NCBI GenBank assembly: GCA_041562555.1
Contig: JBFEXS010000002.1
Span: 1-64,000 of the forward strand
Direction of reading: 5' to 3'
Length of the DNA stretch: 64,000 nucleotides
Source: Sulfurimonadaceae bacterium
Lineage (GTDB): Bacteria > Campylobacterota > Campylobacteria > Campylobacterales > Sulfurimonadaceae
Shown: one piece after another, positions 9,986 through 20,295 of the stretch
Layout of the letters: every line of letters begins with the position of its first letter
Position numbering within the stretch: the stretch's first letter is position 1
The notes under the pieces: generated by a model
The model's database searches: none
Seen by the model: only the letters and a program-made list of their open reading frames with translations
Told to the model about the DNA's origin: nothing
Made by a program: the position numbers and the translations under genes

Positions 9986-10731
9986 CACTTGGATTCGTAG
10001 TCGTTATAGGACTTGTCTTTGGTTCATTTTTAAATGTGCTTATCTCACGTATTCCCAAGAATGAGAATGTTGCCTTCCCCGCTTCTCACTGTCCCAATTG
10101 TAACACACCTTTGAAGATATATCATAACATCCCACTTTTTTCATGGTTGTTTCTGAGGGGAAAATGTTCTTTTTGTAAAGAAAAAATATCGATTCAATAT
10201 CCACTCGTAGAACTATTTACAGGTATTGTCTTCGCTGCGGTGTATCTGAAGATCGGTCTTTCGTACATGTCGCTGATGATCGTACTCTCCTTTAGCTTTT
10301 TACTCGCACTTTCTGTCATAGATTTTTATATCAAGATGGTCCCGGACAGTCTTAACCTCTTGGCCATGACTACAGCGATGATGGCTGCGATGAGCGTTCA
10401 AGGTTTTATTGTGAATTTCCAAAACACCTTGCTCTTCGTGGGTGGATTTGCTCTCCTTCGTTTTTACCTTTCCTATTTTATGAAACGTGAGGCACTGGGA
10501 GAAGGTGATCTGATGGTTGCAGGGACTATGGGAGCCATGGTAGGCATACAACTAGGCTTGATGGCGATCTTTGTCTCGGCATTGTTAGCACTGCCGGTGA
10601 TGCTCATCATGCGAAATGAGACAGATGAATCAAAAATGGTTCCATATGTTCCATTCCTTGCCCTGGCGCTCTTCTTAGTCTATATCTTTGACTTTGCATT
10701 TTTAGAATATTGGAACAGTCTATATGGATAA
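9982..10731 (+). CDS. A24 prepilin peptidase / N-methyltransferase (PilD-like)
   Basis: GSFLNVLISRIP, two CxxC pairs (CPNC, CSFC), ISIQYPLVE, LGEGD and PYVPFL. Confidence 0.92.
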   Translation: MTLGFVVVIGLVFGSFLNVLISRIPKNENVAFPASHCPNCNTPLKIYHNIPLFSWLFLRGKCSFCKEKISIQYPLVELFTGIVFAAVYLKIGLSYMSLMIVLSFSFLLALSVIDFYIKMVPDSLNLLAMTTAMMAAMSVQGFIVNFQNTLLFVGGFALLRFYLSYFMKREALGEGDLMVAGTMGAMVGIQLGLMAIFVSALLALPVMLIMRNETDESKMVPYVPFLALALFLVYIFDFAFLEYWNSLYG

Positions 10732-11743
10732 GCTCAAAGGCTACCTACTTTCAAACTTTTCACAGATCTACTTCTCGATCTTTTTGCCCTTATATGTTAT
10801 CGCTTCGGTAATTATGTTGATCAAGATTGCCGCTTTTACCTCGGTGATCCAACTGAATCTTTTTGAGATGATCAAGCTGTATCTCTTCATGCTTCCTGAG
10901 CTGCTGTTTTATACCTTGCCGATCACGTTTTTCATCTCAGCCGTTATGACGGTGGCCAAACTCTCTTTTGATTATGAGATGATTGTCATATTCTCATTAG
11001 GGGTCAAACCCTCCAGTGTCCTTCGTTTTTTTACCAAGCTTGCACTCTATCAGACAGGGCTGCTTGTTCTCCTGTTTTTTGTCGTGGCGCCACATACGAA
11101 GAATCTCTATAAGAACTTTCTCAAGGTAAAAACAACTGAAGCCAAATTCAATATCGAAGCGTCTGAATATGGCCATAAATTTGGAGACTGGCTGATCTTT
11201 GTCGGACAAGATCATGAGGACGGCCACTTCTCCGATGTCATCTTATTCAATCGTCAAAAAGAGCAAGAGACACTTATCGTCGCTAAAGATGCTGACATTG
11301 TCAGTAAAAAAGGCGTTTTGAAGCTTCAGCTTGAAGTTGGAAAAGGGTTTGAGTATAGTCAAGACTCCTTATCCCAGATGTCTTATCGAAAAATGTATAT
11401 CAACGACACCAGTGTTGCTGATACCAGTGAATATAAAAGCACACTGCAGTATTGGCTAAACCCTGAGAAGCGAGACAAGATGATACGTAAGTTTACCATC
11501 AACATGCTTGTCGCACTTTTTCCGCTGTTGAGTATTTTACTTGTACCTACCATAGGGATAATTAATGCAAGGCATCAAAAAGGTTATACCTATGCCTATA
11601 TCTTCGCGAGCGTACTTCTGTATTACGGAGGTACCTTTGCCCTGGCCAAACCTCTTGGTCTCTATACCATCGCCTTGATAGCGACAGTTACACTGGGTAT
11701 CGTCAGTTATCTATATTATCATAAAGTGGTCAAACGTTACTGA
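10724..11743 (+). CDS. LptF/LptG-family LPS export permease
   Basis: Three transmembrane helices, a soluble beta-rich domain, then three more helices; LPELLFYTLPI and LSFDYEMIVIFSLGV pattern. Confidence 0.85.
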   Translation: MDKLKGYLLSNFSQIYFSIFLPLYVIASVIMLIKIAAFTSVIQLNLFEMIKLYLFMLPELLFYTLPITFFISAVMTVAKLSFDYEMIVIFSLGVKPSSVLRFFTKLALYQTGLLVLLFFVVAPHTKNLYKNFLKVKTTEAKFNIEASEYGHKFGDWLIFVGQDHEDGHFSDVILFNRQKEQETLIVAKDADIVSKKGVLKLQLEVGKGFEYSQDSLSQMSYRKMYINDTSVADTSEYKSTLQYWLNPEKRDKMIRKFTINMLVALFPLLSILLVPTIGIINARHQKGYTYAYIFASVLLYYGGTFALAKPLGLYTIALIATVTLGIVSYLYYHKVVKRY

Positions 11744-12471
11744 TGCGCATTAAGCTTTTACTCTCTTATAACGGTGCTTCCTTTGAAGGTTCGCAAGTAC
11801 AGAAGCATACGGACAACACGATTATGGGCAAGCTCTATGAAGCCCTTCAAACACTCAATATCACAACAAAACTTCATGCCAGCGGAAGAACCGATGCCGG
11901 AGTTCATGCATTTAAACAGGTCATGCATTGTGATATTCCTGATTATTGGACTGATCTTACTAAACTAAAAGAACACCTTCAATATCAGCTTCCTGAGTCC
12001 ATCTACCTTCGAAGTCTTAGTGAAGTTGACCCAAGTTTTCATGCTCGATACAGTGCCAAACGAAGAGCGTATCGTTATATACTCAGTGATGGCAAAGTCA
12101 ATCCTTTTGAAAGCGGTTTCACCACTTTTGTCAAGACGCCTCTTGATCATGATGCTATTCGTGATGCCATGAAGGTTTTTGAAGGGGAACATGATTTTTC
12201 CCTCTTTAAGAAAAGTGGCAGCAGTGCTACTACCAGTATACGGTATATCTACAAAAGCCGAGTCTACACCTATAAGAACAGAACCATACTCTATTTTGAA
12301 GCCAACGGTTTTTTACGTTCACAGATCCGACTCATGGTCGCTTTCATCTTGCAAATAAGTGAACATAAACGTACAAAAGAAGAGCTTGTCGAGCAGTTGT
12401 TGGGCATAAAAAAGCACAACACACGCCCCGCCCCGTCCAATGGTCTTTACCTCTCTAATATTATCTACTAA
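11743..12471 (+). CDS. truA: tRNA pseudouridine(38-40) synthase
   Basis: SGRTDAGVHA catalytic motif, FHARYSA, GFLRSQIR and APSNGLYL. Confidence 0.96.
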   Translation: MRIKLLLSYNGASFEGSQVQKHTDNTIMGKLYEALQTLNITTKLHASGRTDAGVHAFKQVMHCDIPDYWTDLTKLKEHLQYQLPESIYLRSLSEVDPSFHARYSAKRRAYRYILSDGKVNPFESGFTTFVKTPLDHDAIRDAMKVFEGEHDFSLFKKSGSSATTSIRYIYKSRVYTYKNRTILYFEANGFLRSQIRLMVAFILQISEHKRTKEELVEQLLGIKKHNTRPAPSNGLYLSNIIY

Positions 12472-12475
12472 ACTA

Positions 12476-12498
12476 ACTTTAGCAATATAGACTAAAGT
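12476..12498. promoter_or_regulatory. HAIR-like (HspR) operator upstream of htpG
   Basis: aCTTTAGC-AATATAG-ACTAAAGt has 7-N7-7 geometry close to the HAIR consensus CTTGAGT-N7-ACTCAAG. It lies just upstream of TTGCAT (12512) and TATAAT (12536). Confidence 0.65.
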
Positions 12499-12569
12499 AT
12501 ATTGATACTTCTTGCATTAAATTATATTTTTTCGCTATAATCCGAAAAATTATTCTATAGGAGCTAATA

Positions 12570-14462
12570 ATGGCAAAACATCAGTTTCAGACAGAAGTCA
12601 ATCAAATCTTACAATTGATGATTCATTCACTATATTCAAATAAAGAGATCTTTTTACGCGAGCTTGTCTCTAATGCATCCGATGCCCTTGACAAACTCAA
12701 TATGCTTGTCCTAACGAATGATGAGTATAAGAACATAGAGTTTGCACCAAAGATAGATATCAGTTTTGACAAAGATGCGAAACAGCTTATTATTTCCGAT
12801 ACAGGGATTGGTATGGATGAGGCAGACCTGGTCGCCCACCTTGGTACCATTGCGAAGTCAGGTACCAAAGCCTTCCTTGAGAACCTATCAGGAGATGAGA
12901 AAAAAGATTCTCAACTGATCGGTCAATTCGGTGTCGGTTTTTACGCATCCTTCATGGTAGCAGACAAGGTAGAGGTGATTTCGAAAAAAGCAGGTACGGA
13001 TAAGGCCTATACATGGATATCTGAAGGAACAGGTGAATACGACCTCGAGGAGTCTACCCGTGAAGGGCATGGTACGACCATCATCATGCATCTTAAAGAA
13101 GATGAAAGTGAGTTTTTAGAGGCATACCGTCTAGAACGCATTATCAAGAAATATTCAAACCATATTCCTTTCCCGATCTTCATGGACAAAGAACACTATG
13201 TCCCTGCAGAAACCGATGAGGAAGGAAAAGAGACCAAACCTGCGACAACAGAGATCAAAAATGAGCAGATCAATAAAGCCAATGCGCTTTGGACGATTGC
13301 CAAGTCCGAGATCAAGGATGAGGAATATAAAGATTTTTACAGTTCCGTTTCCCACGATTCGGGTGAACCTCTTGCATGGATGCACAATAAAGCCGAGGGT
13401 ACTATTAACTATACTACGCTTTTTTATATTCCGGAAAAAGCTCCAATGGATCTGTACAGAGTGGATTACCAAACCGGTCTTAAACTCTATATTAACCGTG
13501 TGTTCATTACCGATGATGACAAAGAACTTATGCCGACATACCTACGTTTCCTACGTGGTGTGATCGACTCAGCTGATCTTCCACTGAATGTATCACGGGA
13601 GATCCTGCAATCAAACCCTGTTATGTCCAAAATTAAAAATGCATCGATCAAGAAAGTCTTGTCTGAGCTTTCCAAAATGATGAAGAAGGATGCAGACAAG
13701 TATGCCAAGTTTTTTAAAGAGTTTGGAAGCTGTTTAAAAGAAGGAATCTATACGGATATGGGCAACCGAGACAGACTGCTTGAACTTATGCTCTTTAATA
13801 CACTTAACTCAGACAAAGAAGTCTCTATCGAAGAGTTCGTAAAGAATGTAGACCCTGAGAAAAAAGAGATCTACTACATCACTGGTAAAATGCCTCTTGC
13901 AATGCTTAAAAACTCTCCGGCTCTTGAGCGTTTTAAGGCAAAAGGTATTGATGTACTTGTCTTGAACGATGAGATCGACACCGTTGTTTTCCCTGTTGTT
14001 ACAGAATATGACGAGTATCAGTTCATCGATGTATCCGACGCGGAATTCGAAGAGAGTGAAGAAGAGAAAAAAGCAGAGGAAGAGACAAGCAAAGAGTTTG
14101 AGACACTGATCAAAGAGTTTAAAGCGACTTTGGGCGAAAGTGTTAAAGAGGTTGAGATCACATCTGACTTGACTGAATCACCGGTATGCCTGCGTATCGA
14201 TAAAGAAGATCCTGCTTACGTAATGGCTATGGCTATGGCGCAGATGGGACAAGGGGCGGAGACACCTCCGATGAAGTTCATCCTTCAGATCAATCCAAAA
14301 CACGAAATTCTCACAAAACTGAAAGATTCAGGCGATCAAAATCTGATCAATGATGCTGCGCATGTTCTGTTTGATCAGGCGAAACTCTTTGAGGGCATGG
14401 AGATAGAGGATACGGCAAACTTCATCTCACGACTTAACCGAATCATGTCAAAAGCGCTTTAG
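12570..14462 (+). CDS. htpG: Hsp90 chaperone HtpG
   Basis: LYSNKEIFLRELVSNASDA, DTGIGM, LGTIAKSGT, IGQFGVGFYA and DLPLNVSREILQ. Confidence 0.98.
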   Translation: MAKHQFQTEVNQILQLMIHSLYSNKEIFLRELVSNASDALDKLNMLVLTNDEYKNIEFAPKIDISFDKDAKQLIISDTGIGMDEADLVAHLGTIAKSGTKAFLENLSGDEKKDSQLIGQFGVGFYASFMVADKVEVISKKAGTDKAYTWISEGTGEYDLEESTREGHGTTIIMHLKEDESEFLEAYRLERIIKKYSNHIPFPIFMDKEHYVPAETDEEGKETKPATTEIKNEQINKANALWTIAKSEIKDEEYKDFYSSVSHDSGEPLAWMHNKAEGTINYTTLFYIPEKAPMDLYRVDYQTGLKLYINRVFITDDDKELMPTYLRFLRGVIDSADLPLNVSREILQSNPVMSKIKNASIKKVLSELSKMMKKDADKYAKFFKEFGSCLKEGIYTDMGNRDRLLELMLFNTLNSDKEVSIEEFVKNVDPEKKEIYYITGKMPLAMLKNSPALERFKAKGIDVLVLNDEIDTVVFPVVTEYDEYQFIDVSDAEFEESEEEKKAEEETSKEFETLIKEFKATLGESVKEVEITSDLTESPVCLRIDKEDPAYVMAMAMAQMGQGAETPPMKFILQINPKHEILTKLKDSGDQNLINDAAHVLFDQAKLFEGMEIEDTANFISRLNRIMSKAL

Positions 14463-14503
14463 CGCTTTGTGTAATCAGACCTTATAAGCCTGACACCTTC
14501 TAC

Positions 14504-14533
14504 AGAAGACCGCAGCGAAGGTCTTCTCTCTTT
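14504..14533 (+). terminator. Putative intrinsic terminator between convergent htpG and the EAL gene
   Basis: AGAAGACC-gcagcgaa-GGTCTTCT stem followed by CTCTTT. Confidence 0.55.
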
Positions 14534-14607
14534 AGACACATCAATACAAACAAACTTCCACCCGGACATCCAACACTGAACGAACTGAAAACCAACAGCT
14601 TCTTTTC

Positions 14608-16455
14608 TTAAGCAATATTATTAACGGATTGTTGCCCAATCGACTCATCAACAATCTGAGCAGAAGGCTCGCCGATATAATATCCCTGAGAATAGTTAAT
14701 ACCAAGTGCACAGACTTTTTCATGAACCGATTTTGTATCTACGAACTCAGCGACAGTTTTGGCACCTATGCGTTGTGCAAAGGCAACAATGTTTTCGACT
14801 ACCATCTGATTTGACAGATTCGTATCGATGTTTTTAATAAATGAGCTGTCGATCTTAATTGTTTTTGCCTCAAGACGGAGCAATCGGCTGAAGACAGACT
14901 GATCCGTACCGAAATCATCAATTGCAATATTAAATCCTCGAGAACGTAAACGTTTGATCTGTTCCAAGGTCTGTTCCTTTCCATGGAGCGTGATACTTTC
15001 AACCACTTCAATGAATACCCGGCTAGGTTGAATATGATAATAGTCACACTTGTACTGTAAGAACTCTTCTAGGTAGTTTTCGGAAAAATCCTGTCCGGAC
15101 ACATTGATCGAGAAGTCATAATCATTGGACTGAAAGAACTTAAAGGCTTTATCAATCATCACCCTGCTGATTTTTGTTGTCAATCCGGCTAAATATGCAT
15201 GATGGATGAAAGTATCTGCATCAAGAACTTTGCCCTCTTTATCAAGGATACGACATAAGGCTTCATATTTATCTATCTTGCCGGTTTCGTTATTATAGAT
15301 CGGCTGATAATAGGACATCACCCGGTCATTTTTCAGTGCATCCTTAACTGTTTGAACCCAATGAAGAGCATCACGCTGACGCTTGACATATTCAGAGTTG
15401 TTCTGAAATACTACAAGCTGTGAACGGCCTCTCTCTTTGGCTTCTTGAGAAGCGATTTTTGCATGCACAAAAAGCTTGTTATCCTCACCTCTATCCATTC
15501 CCATAGAAAAACCGACATCAAATTCAATATCGCCAATAACAATCGGCGACTCTTTAAACATCGCATGGATCTGTTGCGAAAGCATAAGCTCTTGATTGGG
15601 TGTCGGAGAAAACATCAATATGACAAATTCGTCTGCGCTTATCCGATACAGCTCAGAGTTGGACGGTAAAAAACGGCTCAATCGGTTGGCCGTCTCCTTA
15701 AGCACTTTGTTCCCATACCCCATCCCATAAATAGTGTTGATACTTTCAAAATGATCAATATCGAGTAATAAAAGGGCTTTATGTCCCTCTTTATTCATCC
15801 CGTCTCTAAGCGCATGCTTGTTTGGAAGACCCGTCAAGTCATCTTTGAACTTGATTGTATCCAGAGCTTCCTGGGTCTCTTTTAGACGTGCCTGGAGTTC
15901 TCTCTCTTGTCCTAAGAGACGTCCGATCCGCTTACGCTCATAAGCGATTGTCTCATTTAACTTCACTTCGTTTTGTTCATAATGCTCTTGTAGTTGGCGT
16001 TTTTTAGCTTTGATCTCTTGTGACGCGTCGGCTTGTTGAAGCTTTTGCGCATTTGAGTATAGAACAGCACAACTCCGATGCATACTTTCAAGAAGTGCTT
16101 GCATATTGATCGGTTTTGGAATATACCCTTGGATACCCAGATTACTCCATTTAAGTATGGTTTGGGCGTCTTGTGCATTTGAAATAACGATGACATGTTG
16201 ATCAGGATTGATCTTCTTCATCTGCTCGACCATCTGAACGGCGGAATAGTTTTCCAAATTCGCTGCGGTGATGATCAGATCATGCTGATTGATTCTGTAG
16301 TGATTCAATCCATCATATCCATCCGCAGCATCATCTACCTGAGAAAAAACACGTGAAAATGTCTTGACCAGGGATTGGCGAACCGTAGTGTCCCCGTCAA
16401 CACACAATAGTTTCAGTTTTTTTGTAAAAGGTAATAGATCTTGTAGTTCAACCAT
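14608..16455 (-). CDS. Pseudo-receiver + coiled coil + degenerate GGDEF + EAL protein (likely c-di-GMP phosphodiesterase)
   Basis: REC-like N-terminus, DDLTGLPN, RISADEF at the GGDEF position, and YQPI..YEALCR, AIDDFGT, IKIDSSF, VAEFV, QGY. Confidence 0.9.
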   Translation of the reverse strand: MVELQDLLPFTKKLKLLCVDGDTTVRQSLVKTFSRVFSQVDDAADGYDGLNHYRINQHDLIITAANLENYSAVQMVEQMKKINPDQHVIVISNAQDAQTILKWSNLGIQGYIPKPINMQALLESMHRSCAVLYSNAQKLQQADASQEIKAKKRQLQEHYEQNEVKLNETIAYERKRIGRLLGQERELQARLKETQEALDTIKFKDDLTGLPNKHALRDGMNKEGHKALLLLDIDHFESINTIYGMGYGNKVLKETANRLSRFLPSNSELYRISADEFVILMFSPTPNQELMLSQQIHAMFKESPIVIGDIEFDVGFSMGMDRGEDNKLFVHAKIASQEAKERGRSQLVVFQNNSEYVKRQRDALHWVQTVKDALKNDRVMSYYQPIYNNETGKIDKYEALCRILDKEGKVLDADTFIHHAYLAGLTTKISRVMIDKAFKFFQSNDYDFSINVSGQDFSENYLEEFLQYKCDYYHIQPSRVFIEVVESITLHGKEQTLEQIKRLRSRGFNIAIDDFGTDQSVFSRLLRLEAKTIKIDSSFIKNIDTNLSNQMVVENIVAFAQRIGAKTVAEFVDTKSVHEKVCALGINYSQGYYIGEPSAQIVDESIGQQSVNNIA

Positions 16456-16576
16456 TTTACACCCCTTTTAACATAATTCTACAATTATGCCTCTCTGTTA
16501 CTCTATAACAACTTTAACATAAGTAAATAAATATAGGGTAAATATTAAAAGTAGTTTTTGTAACTAAAGGTAGCAG

Positions 16577-17509
16577 TCAATGGTTCTCGACTATCCTTAG
16601 GGCACCTTTATATATCGGCTCATCGATAAAGCCGTATTTTTCATCAGCAAAACCGGTCACGCCTTCTTGTTTCATTTTTTCAAAAAGAGTAATGATGTAA
16701 CGCGCTCTTTCCAGCTCTGTTTCCTCTGGCTCAAAGACTTTCATCGCTGCTGCAGCCTGCGTCGGCGACACACAGCCCTTTGCACTGAAGCCCATCGTCT
16801 TTTCAAGGTTAAGCCAGCGCTGGAACTCAGCCATGTTTTTATAATCCTGATAGACAAATGAAACCGGCAACGCACCTATCGTACGTGCGGAAATCAAAAA
16901 CTCCGAAAGGAGATAATGCATCGTAGGGTTTTCAGGTGAGATGATATTCTGACTCAGTCCAAGATCCGCCAGAAGATCAAGTATCCCCAGATACACCGCT
17001 TTTACACGATTATTGTACTGTAAGGTCTTTAGGTGTGAAAATGCTTCCTTTGTCTCTATGCTTAGGTGCAGTTCAATGCTTTCATCAAGTACGTTGGCCG
17101 CTTCTATGACATCATTAATACTTCTGACCTTGGGTATACGTATTGCATCAGGCCGATATTCGTTTAAGAATGCAATTTCATCGAGACCACCCTCATCCAA
17201 AGCGTTTACACGTACCACGATCTTTTTTGAACTCTGATGCAGGTTGGATATGAAATAGGCGGCTAGTCGTAATGCCACCGGTTTTTGTTCCGGAGCAACC
17301 CCGTCTTCAAGGTTCAACATGATACAGTCGCTGTCTACACTGTCCATCTTCAATAGATGCTTTAGTTTGTGCGATGACAACATCAATGCAGATTTGAAAT
17401 TTTGACTTCTGTTCTGAATACGGCTTGTCGGTTTAAGAAGGTTTTGTAATGACTGGATGTCATTCTCTTCTATCATCTGTTCTAAACGGTCTAATTGAGG
17501 GATGAACAT
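16577..17509 (-). CDS. CitE-like (HpcH/HpaI aldolase / citrate lyase beta family) protein
   Basis: LNLEDGV, VVRVN, IRIPKV, SIET, GFSAKGCVSPTQ and FIDEP motifs. Confidence 0.88.
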   Translation of the reverse strand: MFIPQLDRLEQMIEENDIQSLQNLLKPTSRIQNRSQNFKSALMLSSHKLKHLLKMDSVDSDCIMLNLEDGVAPEQKPVALRLAAYFISNLHQSSKKIVVRVNALDEGGLDEIAFLNEYRPDAIRIPKVRSINDVIEAANVLDESIELHLSIETKEAFSHLKTLQYNNRVKAVYLGILDLLADLGLSQNIISPENPTMHYLLSEFLISARTIGALPVSFVYQDYKNMAEFQRWLNLEKTMGFSAKGCVSPTQAAAAMKVFEPEETELERARYIITLFEKMKQEGVTGFADEKYGFIDEPIYKGALRIVENH

Positions 17510-17512
17510 CTG

Positions 17513-17848
17513 CTACTCCTGTGTGTGCAAATAATTGTACAAAGCTATCACTTCTTTATCGGTCAAGAAATACTTTGGCATGACTGAACGTTTTTCCTGC
17601 AAGGCAGCTTTGAACTCTACAAATCCTAATGAATTGATCTCTCTTGTCTGTAGATATTTGCTTTTTCCTTTGTCCTTGTATGATGAAATCAACATGCCCT
17701 CACCTTTTTGACCGTGACACTTGTCACATCCTATCCCTCTTGGGTTTTTATACAGATGCTGCGCGTACTCTAATTCTGTAATAAAGGAGTCTTTCTCTTT
17801 TGCGAAGAGTGTTAAAAAAGAGAAGAAAAAAACCAAGGCCAAACGCAT
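17513..17848 (-). CDS. Periplasmic monoheme cytochrome c
   Basis: Signal peptide, single CDKCH heme motif and distal Met in VMPKY. Confidence 0.85.
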   Translation of the reverse strand: MRLALVFFFSFLTLFAKEKDSFITELEYAQHLYKNPRGIGCDKCHGQKGEGMLISSYKDKGKSKYLQTREINSLGFVEFKAALQEKRSVMPKYFLTDKEVIALYNYLHTQE

Positions 17849-17910
17849 TCAAAGCACCCTTTTAGTGTAATACAGTATAATAACAAAAAATTTCTAAATG
17901 CGAGGTTTGG

Positions 17911-18759
17911 ATGCAGATTCTTGATGGTAAAGCGCTTTCATCAAAAATTAAAGACGAGGTGGCAAAAGAAGCTACTGCGTTGAAGGAAGAGACAGGACGT
18001 GTGCCTGGTCTTGCCGTTATACTTGTTGGTAGTGATCCAGCCAGTCATGCCTATGTCGGTATGAAGAAAAAAGCCTGTGATACGGTAGGCTTCTATTCAG
18101 TAACCCATGAAATGCCTCATGATATTTCTCAAGAAGCGATTGAGAAGACTATTGAAATGATGAATCAAAACCCGAATATCGACGGTATCTTGATCCAACT
18201 CCCTCTTCCGGAACAGATCGATACTACACGTCTTTTAGAACTTGTCGCACCTGAAAAAGATGTTGATGGGTTCCATCCTTTCAACGTCGGACGCTTGACT
18301 ACCGGTCTAGACGGATTCGTACCCTGTACGCCTCTTGGGGTCATGAAGCTTTTGGAAGAGTACGATATCGATGTACAGGGGATGAATGCCTGTGTCGTAG
18401 GTGCATCCAACATCGTAGGTAAACCCATGGCGAGCCTTCTATTGAATGCAAATGCCACTGTAGACATCTGTCATATCTACACAAAAGACTTGAAAGCACA
18501 TACCCTGCAAGCAGACATCCTCCTTGTGGGAGTCGGAGTCATCAACCTTATCAAAGAGGATATGGTTAAAGAGGGAGCCATTATCATCGATATCGGAATC
18601 AACCGTGCCGACAACGGGAAGCTTGTAGGAGATGTTGACTATGAAAACGTCAGCAAAAAATGCTCATATATCACTCCTGTACCAGGCGGTGTCGGACCAA
18701 TGACCATTGCAATGCTTCTGAAGAACACCCTAGAATCTGCTAAAAAACGTAAAGTATAG
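17911..18759 (+). CDS. folD: Methylenetetrahydrofolate dehydrogenase/cyclohydrolase
   Basis: LIQLPLP, KDVDGFHP, PCTPLG, SNIVGKP and TPVPGGVGPMT. Confidence 0.97.
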   Translation: MQILDGKALSSKIKDEVAKEATALKEETGRVPGLAVILVGSDPASHAYVGMKKKACDTVGFYSVTHEMPHDISQEAIEKTIEMMNQNPNIDGILIQLPLPEQIDTTRLLELVAPEKDVDGFHPFNVGRLTTGLDGFVPCTPLGVMKLLEEYDIDVQGMNACVVGASNIVGKPMASLLLNANATVDICHIYTKDLKAHTLQADILLVGVGVINLIKEDMVKEGAIIIDIGINRADNGKLVGDVDYENVSKKCSYITPVPGGVGPMTIAMLLKNTLESAKKRKV

Positions 18760-18773
18760 GAAAACAGACCATA

Positions 18774-19583
18774 ATGAAAGAAAAAGCAAAAGACTTCGCC
18801 TATAAGGCCTATAAATTTTCAAACTCTTGGACAGGTACGATCATTATCGTCCTTCTAGTCATCTTTTTTGTCGCACAAGCCTTTCGAATCCCTAGTGGTT
18901 CGATGAAGTCTTCTCTGCTCGTAGGTGATCACCTTTTTGCAAAAAAGTTTGCTTATGGTATTTCTACACCACACCTTCCATTTTTAGAGATCCCTCTTAT
19001 TCCAGGGACCGATGGACATATTATTGATGGTGACACACCACAGCGCGGAGATATTGTTATTTTCAGATATCCGCAAAACACAAGTGTACACTTTGTCAAG
19101 CGCTGTGTCGCACTTCCCGGAGACATCCTTTTTATCAATAACAAAGACCTCTATTTACATCCTGTCGAGGGGGATGAATATATCAAACAAAACTATGCTA
19201 AAGAGCAGATCATCAGTGCAATGGACATGCTTTTTGTAAAAAACCCATATCAATCCGACCACCCGGGTATTCATCATGATGATGCCGTTGTCAACGATGG
19301 ACAGACCCATGAACCGATTTTCTTCCTGCCGCCTATTAAAGTGCCTGAAGGGGAGTATTTTATGATGGGTGACAACCGTGATCACTCTAATGACAGTCGT
19401 TTTTGGGGAACAGTACCGTACGGTCTTATTGAAGGAACGCCTTGGTTCATCTATTTCAGTATCAATGACAATTATGAGATCCGTTGGGACAGGATGGGTA
19501 AAACACCTACTGATCTTGAGGGTGATGCATTCATCAAACGTGCCCAAGCTGAAGATGTAAAAAAAGACAAAGGTATATTCTAA
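18774..19583 (+). CDS. lepB: Signal peptidase I
   Basis: IPSGSM (catalytic Ser), FVKRC (catalytic Lys) and GDNRDHSNDSRFWG. Confidence 0.96.
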   Translation: MKEKAKDFAYKAYKFSNSWTGTIIIVLLVIFFVAQAFRIPSGSMKSSLLVGDHLFAKKFAYGISTPHLPFLEIPLIPGTDGHIIDGDTPQRGDIVIFRYPQNTSVHFVKRCVALPGDILFINNKDLYLHPVEGDEYIKQNYAKEQIISAMDMLFVKNPYQSDHPGIHHDDAVVNDGQTHEPIFFLPPIKVPEGEYFMMGDNRDHSNDSRFWGTVPYGLIEGTPWFIYFSINDNYEIRWDRMGKTPTDLEGDAFIKRAQAEDVKKDKGIF

Positions 19584-20279
19584 TTGGATAGTGTAGATAT
19601 TATCAAGATAATAGCAGCCGTTGCTGCCTTGATCATCGCAATTGTCGGACATGAGATCATGCATGGTTGGGTCGCCTATAAATATGGTGATAACACGGCC
19701 AAGGACTTAGGCCGTCTAAGTCTCAACCCACTGGTGCACGTTGATCTTTTCGGGACCATATTGGTACCTGCTATGATGTATTTCATACCTATGCTCTTTG
19801 GCGCAAGTTCCGGTCTTCTTTTTGGATGGGCAAAGCCTGTGCCTATCAATACCCGGACAGTGATTCATAACGGTGGCTATAATGCTGCCATGCAAGTCTC
19901 TCTTGCCGGTATTGCCTACAATCTTTTTATGGCCACACTTGCGTCGGTGATCTTTACGAGTATGATGCCCCGTGACCTTGGTTTACATGATCTTATCACC
20001 AATGCAGATGAGTTTATCATGCTCTATTTTGTATGGATGCTATTGATTATCAATGTTGTGTTGGCAGTATTCAATCTGCTGCCTATCCCCCAGTTTGACG
20101 GTGCGCATTTCCTTACCTATTTGAGCCTGAAACTCGGTCTTCCGAAGATTGCAGAGTTTTTTGTCAAAATGGAACCCTACGGTATGATCATTGTGATCAT
20201 CATGCTTGTTGTTGATCCTATACGGGACATCATCCTATTGATGCCCGTTCAACTTCTATTACAACTCTTGTTGAGTTAA
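19584..20279 (+). CDS. Site-2 protease (M50) family metalloprotease
   Basis: HEIMH zinc motif, FGWAKPVP and FNLLPIPQFDG. Confidence 0.92.
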   Translation: MDSVDIIKIIAAVAALIIAIVGHEIMHGWVAYKYGDNTAKDLGRLSLNPLVHVDLFGTILVPAMMYFIPMLFGASSGLLFGWAKPVPINTRTVIHNGGYNAAMQVSLAGIAYNLFMATLASVIFTSMMPRDLGLHDLITNADEFIMLYFVWMLLIINVVLAVFNLLPIPQFDGAHFLTYLSLKLGLPKIAEFFVKMEPYGMIIVIIMLVVDPIRDIILLMPVQLLLQLLLS

Positions 20280-20295
20280 AACAAAGGAAAATTAG

